A DNA stretch of 32,000 bases from an uncultured Erysipelotrichaceae bacterium (GTDB taxonomy: Bacteria; Bacillota_I; Bacilli_A; Erysipelotrichales; Erysipelotrichaceae): the NCBI GenBank assembly GCA_942492995.1, contig OW818653.1, forward strand, positions 1,140,001-1,172,000, given 5' to 3'. Within the stretch, counting starts at the first letter, position 1. Every line of letters starts with the position of its first letter. Below the pieces are notes generated by a model that saw only the letters and a program-made list of their open reading frames with translations, was not told the origin of the DNA and did not search any database. A program made the translations under genes and the position numbers. Positions 15,444 through 23,552 of the stretch are shown piece after piece.

Positions 15444-15547
15444 AAAAAACCGGTCTAATGCATAGTGCAATTGACCGGTCATGATATCTCGAGGATACTT
15501 TAGACGTCGAACTTTGTGTCCCAAGCTTTCACCTGGTTTACCTTTTT
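15444..15547 (-). promoter_or_regulatory. c-di-GMP-I (GEMM-I)-like riboswitch, copy 1 (gene-proximal), with intrinsic terminator
   Basis: The minus strand reads AGGTAAAC-CAGGT-GAAA-GCTTG-GGACACAAAG-TTCGACGTCTAAAG-...-CATGACCGGTCAATTGCA-cta-TGCATTAGACCGG-TTTTTT. The core is colinear with the Vc2 aptamer core. The terminator U-tract ends 8 nt before the Shine-Dalgarno sequence. Confidence 0.75.
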
Positions 15548-15590
15548 ACTAAGATTAAATTTTTATAAGTCTACGGATGTCCAAGATACG

Positions 15591-15695
15591 AAAAACCGGA
15601 CAACCGCATTAGTTTGCAGTTGACCGGTCATGATATCTTTTGATATTTTAGACGTCGAACTTTGTGCCCTAAACTTTCGTTTAGTTTACCCATAA
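15591..15695 (-). promoter_or_regulatory. c-di-GMP-I (GEMM-I)-like riboswitch, copy 2 (distal), with intrinsic terminator
   Basis: The minus strand reads GGGTAAAC-TAAAC-GAAA-GTTTA-GGGCACAAAG-TTCGACGTCTAAAA-...-CATGACCGGTCAACTGCA-aactaa-TGCGGTTGTCCGG-TTTTT. The unpaired core is the same as in copy 1, and the stems differ from copy 1 by compensatory changes. Confidence 0.75.
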
Positions 15696-15778
15696 AAACA
15701 TATGTAATAATAAATAATGATAAAACAGATTTAATTAATAATTATTATCAATATTATTACCCGTTTTATTGTAAACAT

Positions 15779-15807
15779 ATAATAAACCCACTAAATACGT
15801 CTTGCAA
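15779..15807 (-). promoter_or_regulatory. candidate sigma-A promoter for the riboswitch leader (TTGCAA-17 nt-TATTAT)
   Basis: On the minus strand the -35 is at 15807-15802 and the -10 is at 15784-15779, about 80 nt upstream of riboswitch copy 2. The region is very AT-rich, so chance matches are likely. Confidence 0.3.
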
Positions 15808-15946
15808 CACTAATGCTACTTATAATATCAATTATTTTTTGTGTTATTACATATACCAGTCCGATATGTCATAAAAAGCACTCATTACAGTTTATTATTA
15901 GTATTTTTGTATTAGAATCACTTATATCTCTTATTCTTATATACTC

Positions 15947-15955
15947 ATTATAGCA
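15947..15955 (-). promoter_or_regulatory. alternative candidate extended -10 promoter (TGCTATAAT)
   Basis: On the minus strand, TGCTATAATGA lies right after the upstream operon terminator. The same 11-mer occurs in the same context at 10877-10887. Confidence 0.3.
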
Positions 15956-15992
15956 AATAAAAATCTCTATTAAACACACATAATAGAGATTT
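15956..15992 (-). terminator. intrinsic terminator of the ketone-body operon
   Basis: On the minus strand, AAATCTCTATTA-tgtgtgtt-TAATAGAGATTT is followed by TTATTT. It lies 25 nt after the stop of the permease gene. Confidence 0.7.
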
Positions 15993-16016
15993 TATTAAAT
16001 TTTGATTATTTAAGAA

Positions 16017-17366
16017 TCAATAAATTCCAAGAACTGCAAGAATAATAGCTGGAACAGTAGCGATAATAGGCATAATCAATGAAACTACCATAATATCGAT
16101 ATATGAATCTTTATGAGTCATACCTGTATTATTTAATAGAGTTAGAACAGCACCATTATGTGGTAATGTATCTAGACCTCCAGACGATAGTGAAGCGATA
16201 CGGTGGAATGCTTGAGCTGAGATACCAGAAGTTTTTGAAAGTTCCAAATACTTAGCACCTAAAGCTGCTAATGCAATACCCATACCACCAGAAGCGGATC
16301 CTGTAGCACCAGCTAATAAGTTAACTGCTACAGATAGTGAAATTAGTGGATTACCAGGGATTGATAATAACATATTTGTTAATTCAGCAAATCCTGGAAC
16401 AGCGCGTACAACAGTACCGAAACCAACAGCAGCAGATGTATTTAGAACTGCACCAATAGCACCTTGTGAACCAACTGTTAAGCTTCTTAATAATAGATCT
16501 CTCTTCTTGAAATTGAATAGTGAAACTAGAGCAATTCCTGAAAGTAAAGCATAAACGATGAACTCATTAGTTGAACGACCAGCGGCGATTTGTTCTTCAG
16601 TAAATTTGATGAACATTGGTAATGTGTTAAGAACAGTAATAACAACAACTAGTGGGATAAGAGCAACAAATACATTTGGTAGAACTTCATTTTCTTTGTT
16701 CTTAGCGGCATGAGCTGCATCTGGTTCTGTATAGAATAAACCATTTGTTTCATGTTTTTTACGTTTCCATTCTAAGTAGTATAGACCACCAAAGAATAGA
16801 ACAGCAGTAGCGGTTAGACCCATGATTGGAGCTGCAGTAGCAGTTGTTCCAAAGTAAGGCATAGGAATTAAGTTTTGGATTTGTGGAGTACCTGGAACAG
16901 CTGTCATAGTGAATGTGAATGCACCTAAAGCGATAGCTCCAGGAATAAGTTTACGAGTAATGTTTGCTTCTTTGAAGATTGCTAATGCTAATGGATAGAT
17001 TGCAAATACAACAACGAATAATGAAACACCACCTAAAGTAAGAACTGCACATGAGATAACGATAGAAGCGATAGCGAATTTAGCACCTAACCATTTTGTT
17101 AATACGATAGCGATAGACTTAGCAGCGCCAGTCGTTTCCATCATATTTCCGAAAATAGCAGATAACATAAATGCTGGGAACCAAGTCTTAACGAAGCCAA
17201 CAAGACCTGTCATATATGGACCCATATATGTAGCGATGATATCTAAGCCACCTGTTAAAGCGACGACTGCTGCACATAGTGGAGCAACCCAAACGATTGA
17301 ATAACCCTTTAAAGCTAAATACATTAATAGGCCAAGACCTAAGAATATACCGAATAAACTTAACAT
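16017..17366 (-). CDS. GntP-family permease (predicted 3-hydroxybutyrate/short-chain hydroxy-acid:H+ symporter)
   Basis: The 449-aa polytopic protein has C-terminal blocks GSASGGMGIAL and LPHNGAVLTLL, which parallel the GntP motifs (GSATVA..., SHVNDPGFW). It is the last gene of the bdh/ato operon. The substrate is inferred from context only. Confidence 0.65.
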   Translation of the reverse strand: MLSLFGIFLGLGLLMYLALKGYSIVWVAPLCAAVVALTGGLDIIATYMGPYMTGLVGFVKTWFPAFMLSAIFGNMMETTGAAKSIAIVLTKWLGAKFAIASIVISCAVLTLGGVSLFVVVFAIYPLALAIFKEANITRKLIPGAIALGAFTFTMTAVPGTPQIQNLIPMPYFGTTATAAPIMGLTATAVLFFGGLYYLEWKRKKHETNGLFYTEPDAAHAAKNKENEVLPNVFVALIPLVVVITVLNTLPMFIKFTEEQIAAGRSTNEFIVYALLSGIALVSLFNFKKRDLLLRSLTVGSQGAIGAVLNTSAAVGFGTVVRAVPGFAELTNMLLSIPGNPLISLSVAVNLLAGATGSASGGMGIALAALGAKYLELSKTSGISAQAFHRIASLSSGGLDTLPHNGAVLTLLNNTGMTHKDSYIDIMVVSLIMPIIATVPAIILAVLGIY

Positions 17367-17395
17367 TTCTTTCTCCTTTTAAGTTGGAATACAGA

Positions 17396-18157
17396 CTAAG
17401 CTGCTGTCCAACCTCCATCGATAGTCATTGTTGAGCCAGTGATCATAGATGCTTCATCAGCACATAAGAACTTAACTACATTAGCAACTTCGGAAGGTTG
17501 TAATAATTTCTTAACAGCTGCTTTTTGAAGCATGATCTTAGAAACTACTTCTTCTTCAGAAATTCCATGAGTTGCTGCTTGAGCAGCGATTTGTTTGTCT
17601 ACTAGTGGAGTTTGCACATAAGATGGGCAAATAGAGTTAACAGTGATACCGAATGGTCCACCTTCTAGAGCGGTAGTCTTTGTTAAACCAGCTAAGCCGT
17701 GTTTAGCAGAAACATAAGCGGATTTAAATTCTGAAGCAACTAATCCATGGATAGAGTTTAAGTTAATAACACGTCCCCATTTTTGTGCTTTCATATAAGG
17801 CCATGAATAACGAGTAAGCAAGAATGGAGCAGTTAACATTAAGTTAATCATGAAGTCCCATTTGTCTTCAGGGAAGTCTTCAATTGGTGAAACTGTTTGA
17901 ATACCAGCCACGTTAACAAGAATATCAACTTTTTCAAATAGACGAACTGCAACATCGACTACATTTTTGCAATCTTCGCGTTTGCTTAGATCTGCAACAA
18001 CATATTCAGAACCTAATCTCTCACAATGTGATTTTAGTTGAGCTTCATTAATGTCAACCATTACCACCTTTGCTTGTTCAGCCGCAAACATTTCTGCTAT
18101 AGCTAAACCAATACCACTGGCGGCACCTGTAACGATGCACACTTTGTCTTTTAACAT
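17396..18157 (-). CDS. bdhA: 3-hydroxybutyrate dehydrogenase (short-chain dehydrogenase/reductase)
   Basis: It has the TGAASGIGLAIA Rossmann motif, the catalytic YVSAKHG (YxxxK), and a C-terminal block ICPSYVQTPLVDKQIAAQA...G that closely parallels known BdhA enzymes. The ato/thiolase context supports the call. Confidence 0.8.
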   Translation of the reverse strand: MLKDKVCIVTGAASGIGLAIAEMFAAEQAKVVMVDINEAQLKSHCERLGSEYVVADLSKREDCKNVVDVAVRLFEKVDILVNVAGIQTVSPIEDFPEDKWDFMINLMLTAPFLLTRYSWPYMKAQKWGRVINLNSIHGLVASEFKSAYVSAKHGLAGLTKTTALEGGPFGITVNSICPSYVQTPLVDKQIAAQAATHGISEEEVVSKIMLQKAAVKKLLQPSEVANVVKFLCADEASMITGSTMTIDGGWTAA

Positions 18158-18214
18158 TATTGTCCTCCTTATGATGTACTTTGTTAAAAGTATATGATTA
18201 ATAGATTGTATCTA

Positions 18215-18874
18215 TTAAACTTCGATGTTCTTTAAGTCTTCTGCGATAATCAACTTAGGTTCAGTTGCTGCTTGGACTTCTTCTACTGTAAACTCAGGAT
18301 TAATTTCTTTTAATACTAATCCCTTATCTGTAACTTCTATAACACCCATTTCAGTCACAATTAGATTTACTTCATTTGCGGCTGTTAATGGTAAGTTACA
18401 TTCATTAAGAATCTTTAAACTACCTTTAGCGGTATGTTCCATTGCGACGATTACTTTTCGTGCTCCGGATATTAAATCCATTGCACCACCCATACCTGGA
18501 ACCATTTTCCCTGGGATCATATAGTTCGCAATGTTACCCTTTTCATCAACTTGAAGTGCCCCTAGAACAGTTAAGTCTACATGGCCTCCTCTGATGATTC
18601 CAAACGATGTAGCACTATCGAAGAAGATACCACCCTTTTTAATTGTGACAGGCTTACCACCAGCATTAGTTATATAAGGATCAATATTCTCTTCACTTGG
18701 TGTAGGACCTAAACCAACGAAACCATTTTCAGATTGGAACATAACTGCTTTGTCATGTGGAACATAGTTCGCAACGAGTGTTGGTAGTCCAATGCCTAAA
18801 TTAACAACATCTCCATCATGTAGTTCTTTCGCAACACGTTGAGCAATATATTCTTGTACAAATTGCTTATCCAT
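18215..18874 (-). CDS. atoA: acetate/3-oxoacid CoA-transferase, subunit B
   Basis: It is colinear with E. coli AtoA: IA.RVA.EL.DGDVVNLGIGLPT.VANY, the catalytic SENG motif (FQSENGFVGLGP), and PGKMVPGMGGAMDL. Confidence 0.9.
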   Translation of the reverse strand: MDKQFVQEYIAQRVAKELHDGDVVNLGIGLPTLVANYVPHDKAVMFQSENGFVGLGPTPSEENIDPYITNAGGKPVTIKKGGIFFDSATSFGIIRGGHVDLTVLGALQVDEKGNIANYMIPGKMVPGMGGAMDLISGARKVIVAMEHTAKGSLKILNECNLPLTAANEVNLIVTEMGVIEVTDKGLVLKEINPEFTVEEVQAATEPKLIIAEDLKNIEV

Positions 18875-18875
18875 T

Positions 18876-19526
18876 TTAGCGCGTTCCTTTCACGATGTAA
18901 TTCACAAACACACCTGGTGTTTCTGCAATGTCTGGATTTAATGCTTCTTCAGAGTATTCAAGCACTTCAACAATTGTTTTAGTAGCTGCGCCAGCCATTA
19001 CTGAGTTAAAGTTTTGAGCTGCACCGTGATAAACTAAATTACCATATTTATCGGCTTTTTGAGCGAAGATTAATGCGAAATCTGCTTTTAATGGTTTTTC
19101 TAATAAATATTTAGTTCCATCAATCTCAATTACATCTTTTCCTTCTTGAACTTTTGTACCAACTCCAGTTCTTGTAAGGAATCCACCAAGTCCATAACAT
19201 GCACAACGAATTTGTTCAGCAAGTGTACCTTGTGGGGTTAGAATAACTTCAGTCTCGCCTTCTAACATTTGTCTTCCAGTTTCTTTGTTTGTTCCAATGT
19301 GTGAGGCAATTACTTTACTGAATTGTTTATTCACAACAAGTTTTCCAACTCCACTATCGACAAATCCACTATCATTACAGATCAGAGTAAGGTTCTTAGT
19401 GCCTTTTGCGACTAATGCGTCAATTAGGTTAAGAGGTGCTCCAACACTAAGAAACCCTCCGATCATCAAAACATCACCATCTTTTATTTGCGAAACTGCT
19501 TCTTCAATACTAATTAGTTTATTCAT
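18876..19526 (-). CDS. atoD: acetate/3-oxoacid CoA-transferase, subunit A
   Basis: I set the start at ATG 19526 (MNKLISIEEAVSQIKDGDVLMIGGF), 8 nt after the thiolase stop. It is colinear with AtoD/ScoA. The longer ORF-track start would overlap the thiolase gene. Confidence 0.9.
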   Translation of the reverse strand: MNKLISIEEAVSQIKDGDVLMIGGFLSVGAPLNLIDALVAKGTKNLTLICNDSGFVDSGVGKLVVNKQFSKVIASHIGTNKETGRQMLEGETEVILTPQGTLAEQIRCACYGLGGFLTRTGVGTKVQEGKDVIEIDGTKYLLEKPLKADFALIFAQKADKYGNLVYHGAAQNFNSVMAGAATKTIVEVLEYSEEALNPDIAETPGVFVNYIVKGTR

Positions 19527-19534
19527 AGAGTTTC

Positions 19535-20713
19535 CTATCTTTCGACAATCATCGATATTCCTTGACCACCGCCGATACAAAGTGTAGCTAAACCTGTTTT
19601 CGCATCACGTTTGATCATTTCATGAATCAAGCTAACTAGGATGCGTGCTCCACTTGCGCCAATTGGATGTCCAAGGGCAATTGCACCACCGTTTACGTTA
19701 ACAATATCGGTATTTAAATTTAAATCCTTAACAACACTTAATGCTTGTGCTGCGAATGCTTCATTTGCTTCTACTAAATCTAAATCATTTACTGTCATAC
19801 CAGCTTTAGCTAAAGCCTTGAGAGTTGAAGGAATTGGTCCACAACCCATAATCTCAGGAGCTACACCAGCTGACGCATATGACTTAACAACAACTAATGG
19901 TTTTAAACCTAATTCAATTGCTTTTTCTTCACTCATAACGACGAATGCGGCTGCACCATCATTAATTCCTGAAGAGTTCGCTGCTGTAACAACGCCATCT
20001 TTTTTAAATGCTGGACGTAATTTAGCTAAGCCTTCTAATGTTGTATTCGGTTTAGGATATTCATCTGTATCAACAACAACCGCATCCCCTTTTTTCTGAG
20101 GGATAACAATTGGAACGATCTCATCTTTAAACTTGCCATCCGCGATTGCTTTAACAGCACGGTTTTGACTTGTTACAGCGAACTGATCTAATTGTTCACG
20201 TGTAAATCCATATTTTTCTACAATATTCTCAGCTGTAATTCCCATATGATAATTATTAAATACATCCGTTAAACCATCAAATACCATCGTATCGACGAGC
20301 GCCGCATTACCCATACGTTGACCCCAACGTGCACTAGGTACAACATACGCAGATTGACTCATATTTTCTGTTCCACCAGCAACGATTATTTCTGCATCGC
20401 CATTGGAAATCGCTTGAACAGCAAGCGCAACTGTCTTTAAACCAGATCCACAAACTTTATTTACTGTGAATGATGATACTTCAATTGGAAGACCTGCATG
20501 AATTGATACTTGACGTGCTACGTTTTGGCCTAAACCAGCTTGAAGTACATTACCAAAAATTAATTCATCAACTTGACTTGCCTGTATATTAGCTCTACTT
20601 ATGGCTTCTTTAACGACTGCTGTACCTAATTCAACAGCAGATACATCTTTGAATACCCCACCAAATGAACCAATTGCGGTACGAACGGCTGAAACGATCA
20701 CAACATTTCTCAT
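19535..20713 (-). CDS. atoB: acetyl-CoA C-acetyltransferase (thiolase II)
   Basis: I set the start at ATG 20713 ([19 protein letters not shown]), which is preceded by AAGGAGA. It has the active-site blocks [17 protein letters not shown] and CIGGGQG. The gene symbol is assigned by context with atoDA; the protein could equally be named thl. Confidence 0.9.
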   Translation of the reverse strand: MRNVVIVSAVRTAIGSFGGVFKDVSAVELGTAVVKEAISRANIQASQVDELIFGNVLQAGLGQNVARQVSIHAGLPIEVSSFTVNKVCGSGLKTVALAVQAISNGDAEIIVAGGTENMSQSAYVVPSARWGQRMGNAALVDTMVFDGLTDVFNNYHMGITAENIVEKYGFTREQLDQFAVTSQNRAVKAIADGKFKDEIVPIVIPQKKGDAVVVDTDEYPKPNTTLEGLAKLRPAFKKDGVVTAANSSGINDGAAAFVVMSEEKAIELGLKPLVVVKSYASAGVAPEIMGCGPIPSTLKALAKAGMTVNDLDLVEANEAFAAQALSVVKDLNLNTDIVNVNGGAIALGHPIGASGARILVSLIHEMIKRDAKTGLATLCIGGGQGISMIVER

Positions 20714-20804
20714 TTTATTCTCCTTTTTCACAAAATTATATTTACTAAAGCGCTTACACTATTATTTAACTCTATCGTCAATTGTTTGTGAAATACTAGA
20801 ATTT

Positions 20805-20830
20805 TATAACTTGTATAAGTAAAAGTTATA
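20805..20830. promoter_or_regulatory. candidate LysR-type binding site (inverted repeat TATAACTT-N10-AAGTTATA)
   Basis: A perfect 8-bp inverted repeat containing T-N11-A-type symmetry sits in the divergent intergenic region between the LysR gene and the thiolase operon. Confidence 0.4.
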
Positions 20831-20861
20831 GGTTATCATAAATTCAAGGACATTAACTACT

Positions 20862-21788
20862 ATGGATATCTCACAACTTAAGTATTTTGTATGTATTGTT
20901 GAAAGCGATTACAATCTTTCAAACGCATCAAAGAAGTTACACATCTCGCAACCAGCATTGACTCAATACATTAGAAAGTTCGAAGATGAAGAAGGAATTG
21001 AGCTTTTTACACGCTTAAGTGGCCGCTTAAATGGACTTACAGTAAGTGGTGAAAATTTCTATTCAAATGCGAAAATAGTAATTGAACAGTACAATACACT
21101 TTATAAAGAATTACACGAAAATTCGAGCAGTATTAAAGGAACCGTCACAATCGGAATTCCTCCTTTAGTGTTAACTGTTCTATTTACTGAGTATCTTTCT
21201 AAGATAATTCGATTGAATCCTACTATCAGATTTAACATTGTCGAAGAAGGTGCGTATGAACTTCGTCGAAAACTTCTTTTACATGAAATTGATTTTGTCG
21301 TTATCTTACAACCAACTAATTTGAACAACCAAATCTATGCGGAAGATATTATTCATAGAGATCAATTAACTGCATTTATGTGTGAAAAAAACGTACTCGC
21401 TAAAAAAGAAAAGATTACTTGGGCTGATTTAAATCATGCGAGTTTAGCTATTTTTAATGAAACTTTTATGATTCATCACCAATTAATTAAGAAATTTGAA
21501 AACGAAGATATAAAACCTAATATTGTATTATCATCATCACTATGGGATTTCTTACTCGAATCAACGCGGTCGTCTGATTATATTACAATCCTACCTGCTC
21601 CTATTCACAATCATATTCGTAGTGATGGAATTATCGAGAAAATATTTGATAATCCTATTTACTGGCATGTCGTATTAGCTTATCCAATTAAATCCCATTA
21701 CAACAGAATTGAGCGATATGTTCGCAAGAGTATGTTGGATTTCTTTGTGGATGGTAAAGAAATTAAACCGATAAATCAGAGCGAATAA
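20862..21788 (+). CDS. LysR family transcriptional regulator
   Basis: The N-terminal HTH (MDISQLKYFVCIVE......AS..LHISQPALTQYIRKFE.E.G..LF.R) and the ~300-aa length are typical of the family. It is divergent from the catabolic operon. Confidence 0.9.
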   Translation: MDISQLKYFVCIVESDYNLSNASKKLHISQPALTQYIRKFEDEEGIELFTRLSGRLNGLTVSGENFYSNAKIVIEQYNTLYKELHENSSSIKGTVTIGIPPLVLTVLFTEYLSKIIRLNPTIRFNIVEEGAYELRRKLLLHEIDFVVILQPTNLNNQIYAEDIIHRDQLTAFMCEKNVLAKKEKITWADLNHASLAIFNETFMIHHQLIKKFENEDIKPNIVLSSSLWDFLLESTRSSDYITILPAPIHNHIRSDGIIEKIFDNPIYWHVVLAYPIKSHYNRIERYVRKSMLDFFVDGKEIKPINQSE

Positions 21789-21807
21789 TTGCTATGAAAG
21801 GGTAAAT

Positions 21808-22791
21808 ATGGATTACTCACACTTTACTAAAGAAACGCTTATACTACGAATCAAACAGCTTGAAAGATTAAACTTTGAGTTATTAAAGGAAAATGATGAT
21901 GACTTATCGTATGCTTGGACAGGTAGTCTTGGTAAATGGTATCTAGATTTTTCATCTGGATACGCTGTATTTAATGCACAAAAAGTACTCGCATTAGGTT
22001 ACACTATGGACGAAATTCCTCATCCTACACCTTACACTTTTTTCACTTCCTTAATTCATCCAGATGATTATGATAAAACAATGAAAAGCATGTTAGATAA
22101 TATGCACAATATATCCCCAGTTTACGAAATTGAATATCGCATTCGCGGAAAAGATGGAACCTATAAGTGGTTTTATGATCGAGGTCGTGTTACTCAACGT
22201 GATGAAGAAGGACATGCGACATTTGCGGCAGGAATCGTATTTGATATTACTAATAAAAAGGAAGATGAATTACGATTGTTGAAAGAAAGCCAGGACTTCA
22301 AACGAAGTTCATTGACCGATCCTTTAACAAATATTATGAATCGACGCGCTATTTTAGATGAGTTATCCAAACGTATGAATAAACATATTTATAATTTTGA
22401 ACATCTATCCATCTTAATGTTGGATATCGATGATTTTAAATTTATTAACGATCAATATGGTCATATAAAAGGTGATGAAGTACTCGTAAAAGTCACCCAA
22501 ATAATTATTGAAGTAATTCGTGGAATTGATACCGTTGGGCGCTATGGTGGTGAAGAGTTCTTAGTTATATTTCCGAACACTGACTTACAAAACGCACATA
22601 ATGCGAGTGAACGTATTAGGATGAAAATTGAGAATACAGAGTTTGCTGGAATCGGTAAAATCACTGTTAGTGGTGGTTATACTGAGTATATAAATGAGTC
22701 GATTGAAGAATTAATTGATATCGCCGACCAAAACTTATATCAAGCAAAAAGAACTGGTAAAAATAAAGTAATAGGTAATTTTCTTAAGTGA
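21808..22791 (+). CDS. PAS-GGDEF diguanylate cyclase (intact GGEEF active site and RxxD I-site)
   Basis: It has a coiled N-terminus and a PAS/PAC domain (YRIRGKDGTYKWFYDRG....G...AAGIVFDIT). The GGDEF domain reads DPLTNIMNRR...DIDDFKFINDQYGH..GD. The I-site RGID lies 5 residues before GGEEF. There are no TM segments. Confidence 0.9.
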   Translation: MDYSHFTKETLILRIKQLERLNFELLKENDDDLSYAWTGSLGKWYLDFSSGYAVFNAQKVLALGYTMDEIPHPTPYTFFTSLIHPDDYDKTMKSMLDNMHNISPVYEIEYRIRGKDGTYKWFYDRGRVTQRDEEGHATFAAGIVFDITNKKEDELRLLKESQDFKRSSLTDPLTNIMNRRAILDELSKRMNKHIYNFEHLSILMLDIDDFKFINDQYGHIKGDEVLVKVTQIIIEVIRGIDTVGRYGGEEFLVIFPNTDLQNAHNASERIRMKIENTEFAGIGKITVSGGYTEYINESIEELIDIADQNLYQAKRTGKNKVIGNFLK

Positions 22792-22848
22792 AAATTACTT
22801 TTATTATTAATATATTTAATTTATTTATTAATTTTATCAATTTTTTTA

Positions 22849-22876
22849 TTGACATATACTATTTTTGGATTAAACT
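22849..22876 (+). promoter_or_regulatory. putative sigma-A promoter (TTGACA-16 nt-TAAACT)
   Basis: A consensus -35 TTGACA lies at 22849-22854 and a -10 TAAACT at 22871-22876. A GAGGA Shine-Dalgarno sequence and ATG 22894 follow. Confidence 0.5.
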
Positions 22877-22893
22877 GTAGTTGAGGACAACCT

Positions 22894-23166
22894 ATGAAAA
22901 GAAAAATCCAGATACATATTGATACAGATGAGCATAAGTTTCATTTACCTAAAGTAAGTTTCAATAATGCGATCCGTCTTGTGAAGCTTGGATTATGGGG
23001 TTCAGGCTTTTCAAAAGATGCCGAGTTGAATAAATTTATTAAAGACAACAAGCAGCTTATCATTCAATTTTTAGAAACCATGGCCATGGAGTTGATTGAT
23101 GAGGAAGCATTTACGTTAGTCGATGTTAACACTAAAGATGCGATCATAAAGATCGACATTATCTAA
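22894..23166 (+). CDS. hypothetical 90-aa protein, paralogous to the C-terminal domain of the gene at 23553-23918
   Basis: KRKIQIHIDTDEHKFHLPKVSFNNAIRLVKL...FTLVDVNTKDAIIKIDI aligns by eye with KQKLRVIVDSANGDTVRINVPISLIKAGVNL...GEIVDIQTSDGDNVKVFV. Confidence 0.5.
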   Translation: MKRKIQIHIDTDEHKFHLPKVSFNNAIRLVKLGLWGSGFSKDAELNKFIKDNKQLIIQFLETMAMELIDEEAFTLVDVNTKDAIIKIDII

Positions 23167-23175
23167 GGAGGAATT

Positions 23176-23544
23176 ATGCGTAAAGAAGTTATAGGAACAT
23201 GTCCAGTATGTCAAAACACACTACAAGCGACACGATTAAGTTGTAATGTATGTCATACAGAAATTACAGGTGAATTTGAATTATCTCGTTTTAGTTACTT
23301 AAATAAAGAAGAACTTAATTTTATCGAAACATTTATCCGTGTGTATGGAAATATCAAGGAAATGGAAAAAGAACTTGATGTTTCATATCCAACGGTTAAG
23401 AAAATGTTAGAACAAGTTGTTGTAAAAATGGGCTTTGAATCGAAAGAAACAAGAGAACCTAGTATGAATACTGAAGATATTTTATTGAAGATAAAAAACA
23501 AAGAAATTAGTGTCAATGATGCACTAATACTACTTAAAAAGTAA
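23176..23544 (+). CDS. DUF2089-family protein (N-terminal zinc ribbon plus HTH-like domain)
   Basis: CPVCQNTL....L.CNVCHTEITGEFELSRFSYL..EELNFIE.FI...GNIKE.EKEL.VSYPTVK matches my recollection of DUF2089. An AAGGAGG Shine-Dalgarno sequence lies upstream. Confidence 0.7.
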   Translation: MRKEVIGTCPVCQNTLQATRLSCNVCHTEITGEFELSRFSYLNKEELNFIETFIRVYGNIKEMEKELDVSYPTVKKMLEQVVVKMGFESKETREPSMNTEDILLKIKNKEISVNDALILLKK

Positions 23545-23552
23545 GGAGAAAT

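Noticed and set aside
15444-15695. The two ~100-nt direct repeats considered as a CRISPR array, a MITE or IS ends.
   Set aside because: There are only two copies, they are far longer than CRISPR repeats, and no spacer-like periodicity or cas/transposase genes accompany them. The internal structure (GNRA hairpin, conserved junctions, terminator hairpin plus U-tract, compensatory stem changes) fits a duplicated riboswitch instead. I also looked for a third degenerate copy in 15696-15945 and found no GAAAG/CACAAAG core.
15662-15874. A 70-aa plus-strand ORF in the AT-rich region upstream of the riboswitches.
   Set aside because: It starts inside riboswitch copy 2 on the opposite strand. It has no Shine-Dalgarno sequence, and its Asn/Tyr/Ile-rich composition simply reflects AT-rich non-coding DNA.
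19527-19580. Longer ORF-track N-termini: atoD from 19580, thiolase from 20731, AKR from 27136, the AI-2E transporter from 2763, pilT from 7375, and the DUF1475-like gene from 4420.
   Set aside because: In each case an internal ATG is preceded by a good Shine-Dalgarno sequence at proper spacing and matches the conserved family N-terminus. The extensions overlap upstream genes or add non-conserved residues.
18225-20099. Plus-strand ORFs antisense to the CoA-transferase and thiolase genes: 18225-18524, 19285-19587 and 19641-20099.
   Set aside because: The minus-strand frames encode full-length, highly recognisable AtoA, AtoD and thiolase proteins. The antisense translations have no family resemblance and no ribosome-binding sites.
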